A stretch of DNA of 64,000 nt from Isurus oxyrinchus (Eukaryota). Within the stretch, counting starts at the first letter, position 1, and every line of letters begins with the position of its first letter. A program made the position numbers and the translations under genes. The DNA lies in assembly GCA_026770705.1 (NCBI GenBank), contig JANJGN010000034.1, positions 13,082,001 through 13,146,000 of the forward strand, read 5' to 3'. Positions 61,507-64,000 of the stretch are shown piece after piece. A model generated the notes under the pieces. That model searched no databases. It was not told where the DNA came from and saw only the letters and a program-made list of their open reading frames with translations.

Positions 61507-62417
61507 TTACTTTGATGAGGAGAAAAGTTCACCAATAAGAGTAAAAGGATATTTCACCGCCCTCTTCAGCTCCTCTCTGACCTTACTCTGGGTCAGTGCA
61601 TAAACAGCAGTGTTTGTACAGGAGCTCAGGTAGAACAGCATGGTCCCAGATATATCGGCAACAATAACCGGGTGGTTATAACTAGGGTAAGAGTGGTTGT
61701 TGGAGATCTCCACCAGTAAGAAAACACAGATCTTGGTCATCCACAGCAAGATAAAACTGCCTGATACAGCAAACAGCAGAATGATGGACCTCCGCCTGTT
61801 GGCCACCTCGGTATCTCCTCGCAGCTCCCCCTTACTGGGACCCCGGAGGCCCCTACGGGCTCGATTGGCCAGCACAATGTGCCTGACGGTCAGAGCATTG
61901 AGCAGCAGGATCAGGAGGTGGGGGATCAATGGGTTCAGCAGGTGGTGGAGCCAGAAAAATGGCACCCAACCCAGTGAGGTAAAGAATTCCAGTCTGGTGG
62001 CACAGCCCCAGGGTACACCGTCCCACTTCCTAGAAGGTTGGAACTTAAAGTAAAAAGGGACATTCCTCAAAAAGCTCAAAAGGCAAATGGTCATTATCAC
62101 TACTGCCGCTGTTTTCTTGGTGCAAAATCTGGATTTCAGATTGTGACAGCAAATGGCCACAAAACGGTCGAAGATGAGAGTGATGGTCAGCCAAACGGAA
62201 CAGTCTATAGCAGCGTAACCCAGCATGGCGTTAGCGCTGCACACTGCCATGTAGAACAGGAATGAGAATGGGAAATAGCTGAAACTAAGTGTAGTGAGTA
62301 TGACATTGAAGATAATGACCATTAGATCGGCTGTCGCCATGGAGACCAGGTAGAGAGAAACACCTTTGCTGAGGCCGCACTTTCCCCGAGACAGATTCAC
62401 AATCGTCACTAAATTAG
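61507..62417 (-). CDS. Class A GPCR, GPR139/GPR142-like; main coding exon (first exon not located)
   Basis: ANLVTIVNLSRGKCGLSKGVSLYLVSMATADL, DRFVAIC, RRRSIILLFAVSGSFILLW and SSCTNTAVY; acceptor ccttccag|CT at 62417. The ORF extension to 62553 is probably intronic. Confidence 0.85.
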
Positions 62418-64000
62418 CTGGAAGGTTAATTGAGAAGCTGTTGAATATTGAGAAGGGTGATGAGCCATCATTACCACAGTGTGACCCAATGAAAGAATAA
62501 TCATCGGGTAAAATAATCACAGTGACGTCACGTAGAGAGACACATTTAAACACCAGTTCTCTAATGGTTTGAAAAGTACAATTTAAAGTCTCATGAATTG
62601 TTCATGAGAAGGCATGAAACATGTAGTGATTCAAACAAGATACTCTACAGCACTAGTTGGTATTAATAGCTCTGGGAAATAGGTTTTTTTAAAAACAGAT
62701 TTGAATCTCTAAAGTGCACTTTATAGCCAATGAAATATGTTTTGAAGCGTAGTCACCATTGCTATGCATGAAACCCACAGCCCATCCTATGCACTGCAAG
62801 ATCCCACAAACCGCCATGCAATGCTGACCAGCCAATCTGGTATTGGGATGTTGATGAAGGGATAAGTATTGGCCAGGACCCCGGGGATAAATGATGCCAT
62901 GGAGAACCTTTTATATCCAGGAAAGCAAGCAGATGGAGCTTCGGTTTGACATCTCACTCCCAAAACACAGCACCTCAGACAGTGCAGCACACCACCAATA
63001 CTGCATTGGTGTATCAGCTCTGATATTTGTGGCTCACGTGCTGTACGAGAAGGTATGGTGCACTGTAATGAAGGGCCGGAGATAGCACATTACATGTTGA
63101 GGGATCGAGAATAGACAGCGGGTGAAATGTCCTTTCAAAGGACGTTTTGAGGTGTTGGAGTTCACACCCCGAGTTATTGGTTCACACAACAACTATTCCA
63201 ACATCCCACATTCGACTGCGTAGGTAGATGAAAGCAAATAAACCTAATGTATAGGATAAAGCAGCCCTCTTGATTGGCACCCCATCCACAAACATTCACT
63301 CCCTCCACCACTGACATACAGTGTCAGTAGTGTGTGTACCATCTACAAGATGCACTGCAGGAACTCACCAAGGCTCCTTCAACAGCACCTTCCAAACCCA
63401 CGACCACTACCATCTAGAAGGACAAGGGCAGCAGATACATGGGAACACCATCACCTGGAAGTTCCCCTCCAAGCCACTCACCATCCTGACTTGGAAATGT
63501 ATCAGCCGTTCCTTCACTGTCGCTGGGTCAAAACCCAGGAACCCCTTCCCTAACAGCACTGTGGGTATACCTACACTGAATGGACTGCAATGGTTCAAGA
63601 AGGCAGCTCACCACCACCTTCTCAATGGGCAACTAGGTATATGGGCAATAAATGCTGGCCCAGCCAGCGAAGCCGCCACCCTGTGAACAAATGTAAGTAA
63701 AACATAGTGGAACATTATGGGTAAATGTGATTAAGTTCAGGAAAAGCACTAACCTGGCCTGGCCATAATTAACAGGTAAGCAAATGTATTGCATAGCGGT
63801 CTCTAACTTCCTGATGTTTATCCTCTCGATGCCATAGAAATTTAAATGGCAACTGAGTGTCTGTTTCCGACACTGATCTGCATATGGTTGAGTGGAGAGG
63901 CTAAACGCATTAATTAACTGGGTTGCTGCTCTTTCCCCTAGAAAATGGAAGGCTGAGAAATGAACTGACCTTCATGAATATGTGACCATTGAATGGAGTG

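Overview
Repeat-rich vertebrate DNA, most likely from a shark or other cartilaginous fish (inferred from the SINE/LINE/Penelope families and a GPR139-like GPCR). The main content is two divergently transcribed, multi-exon nectin/PVR(CD155)-like Ig receptor genes that the ORF track shows only as fragments. I assembled both by hand from GT-AG sites and exon phases. Gene A (minus, 24618->6362, about 400 aa) has a signal peptide, V-C-C ectodomain, uncharged TM and a tail with an ITIM (IVYAAL) and an ITSM (TVYADV). Gene B (plus, 31184->52587, about 394 aa) has an almost identical ectodomain, a different TM containing Arg, and a complete intron-split ITAM (YMGL-x7-YSEL). The ectodomain exons and their introns lie in a near-identical inverted duplication whose homology stops at the acceptor of gene A's TM exon. 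Amino-acid differences between the copies are concentrated in the V domain. This looks like an inhibitory/activating paired-receptor system built on a nectin scaffold. Also present: several Penelope-like retroelements (RT + GIY-YIG) with hammerhead-like ends, small TIR elements with hammerhead cores, CR1/L2-type LINE fragments, tRNA-derived SINEs, a 32-bp minisatellite, a probable solo LTR, a 170-N gap and a GPR139-like GPCR exon. All gene models are predictions without transcript evidence.
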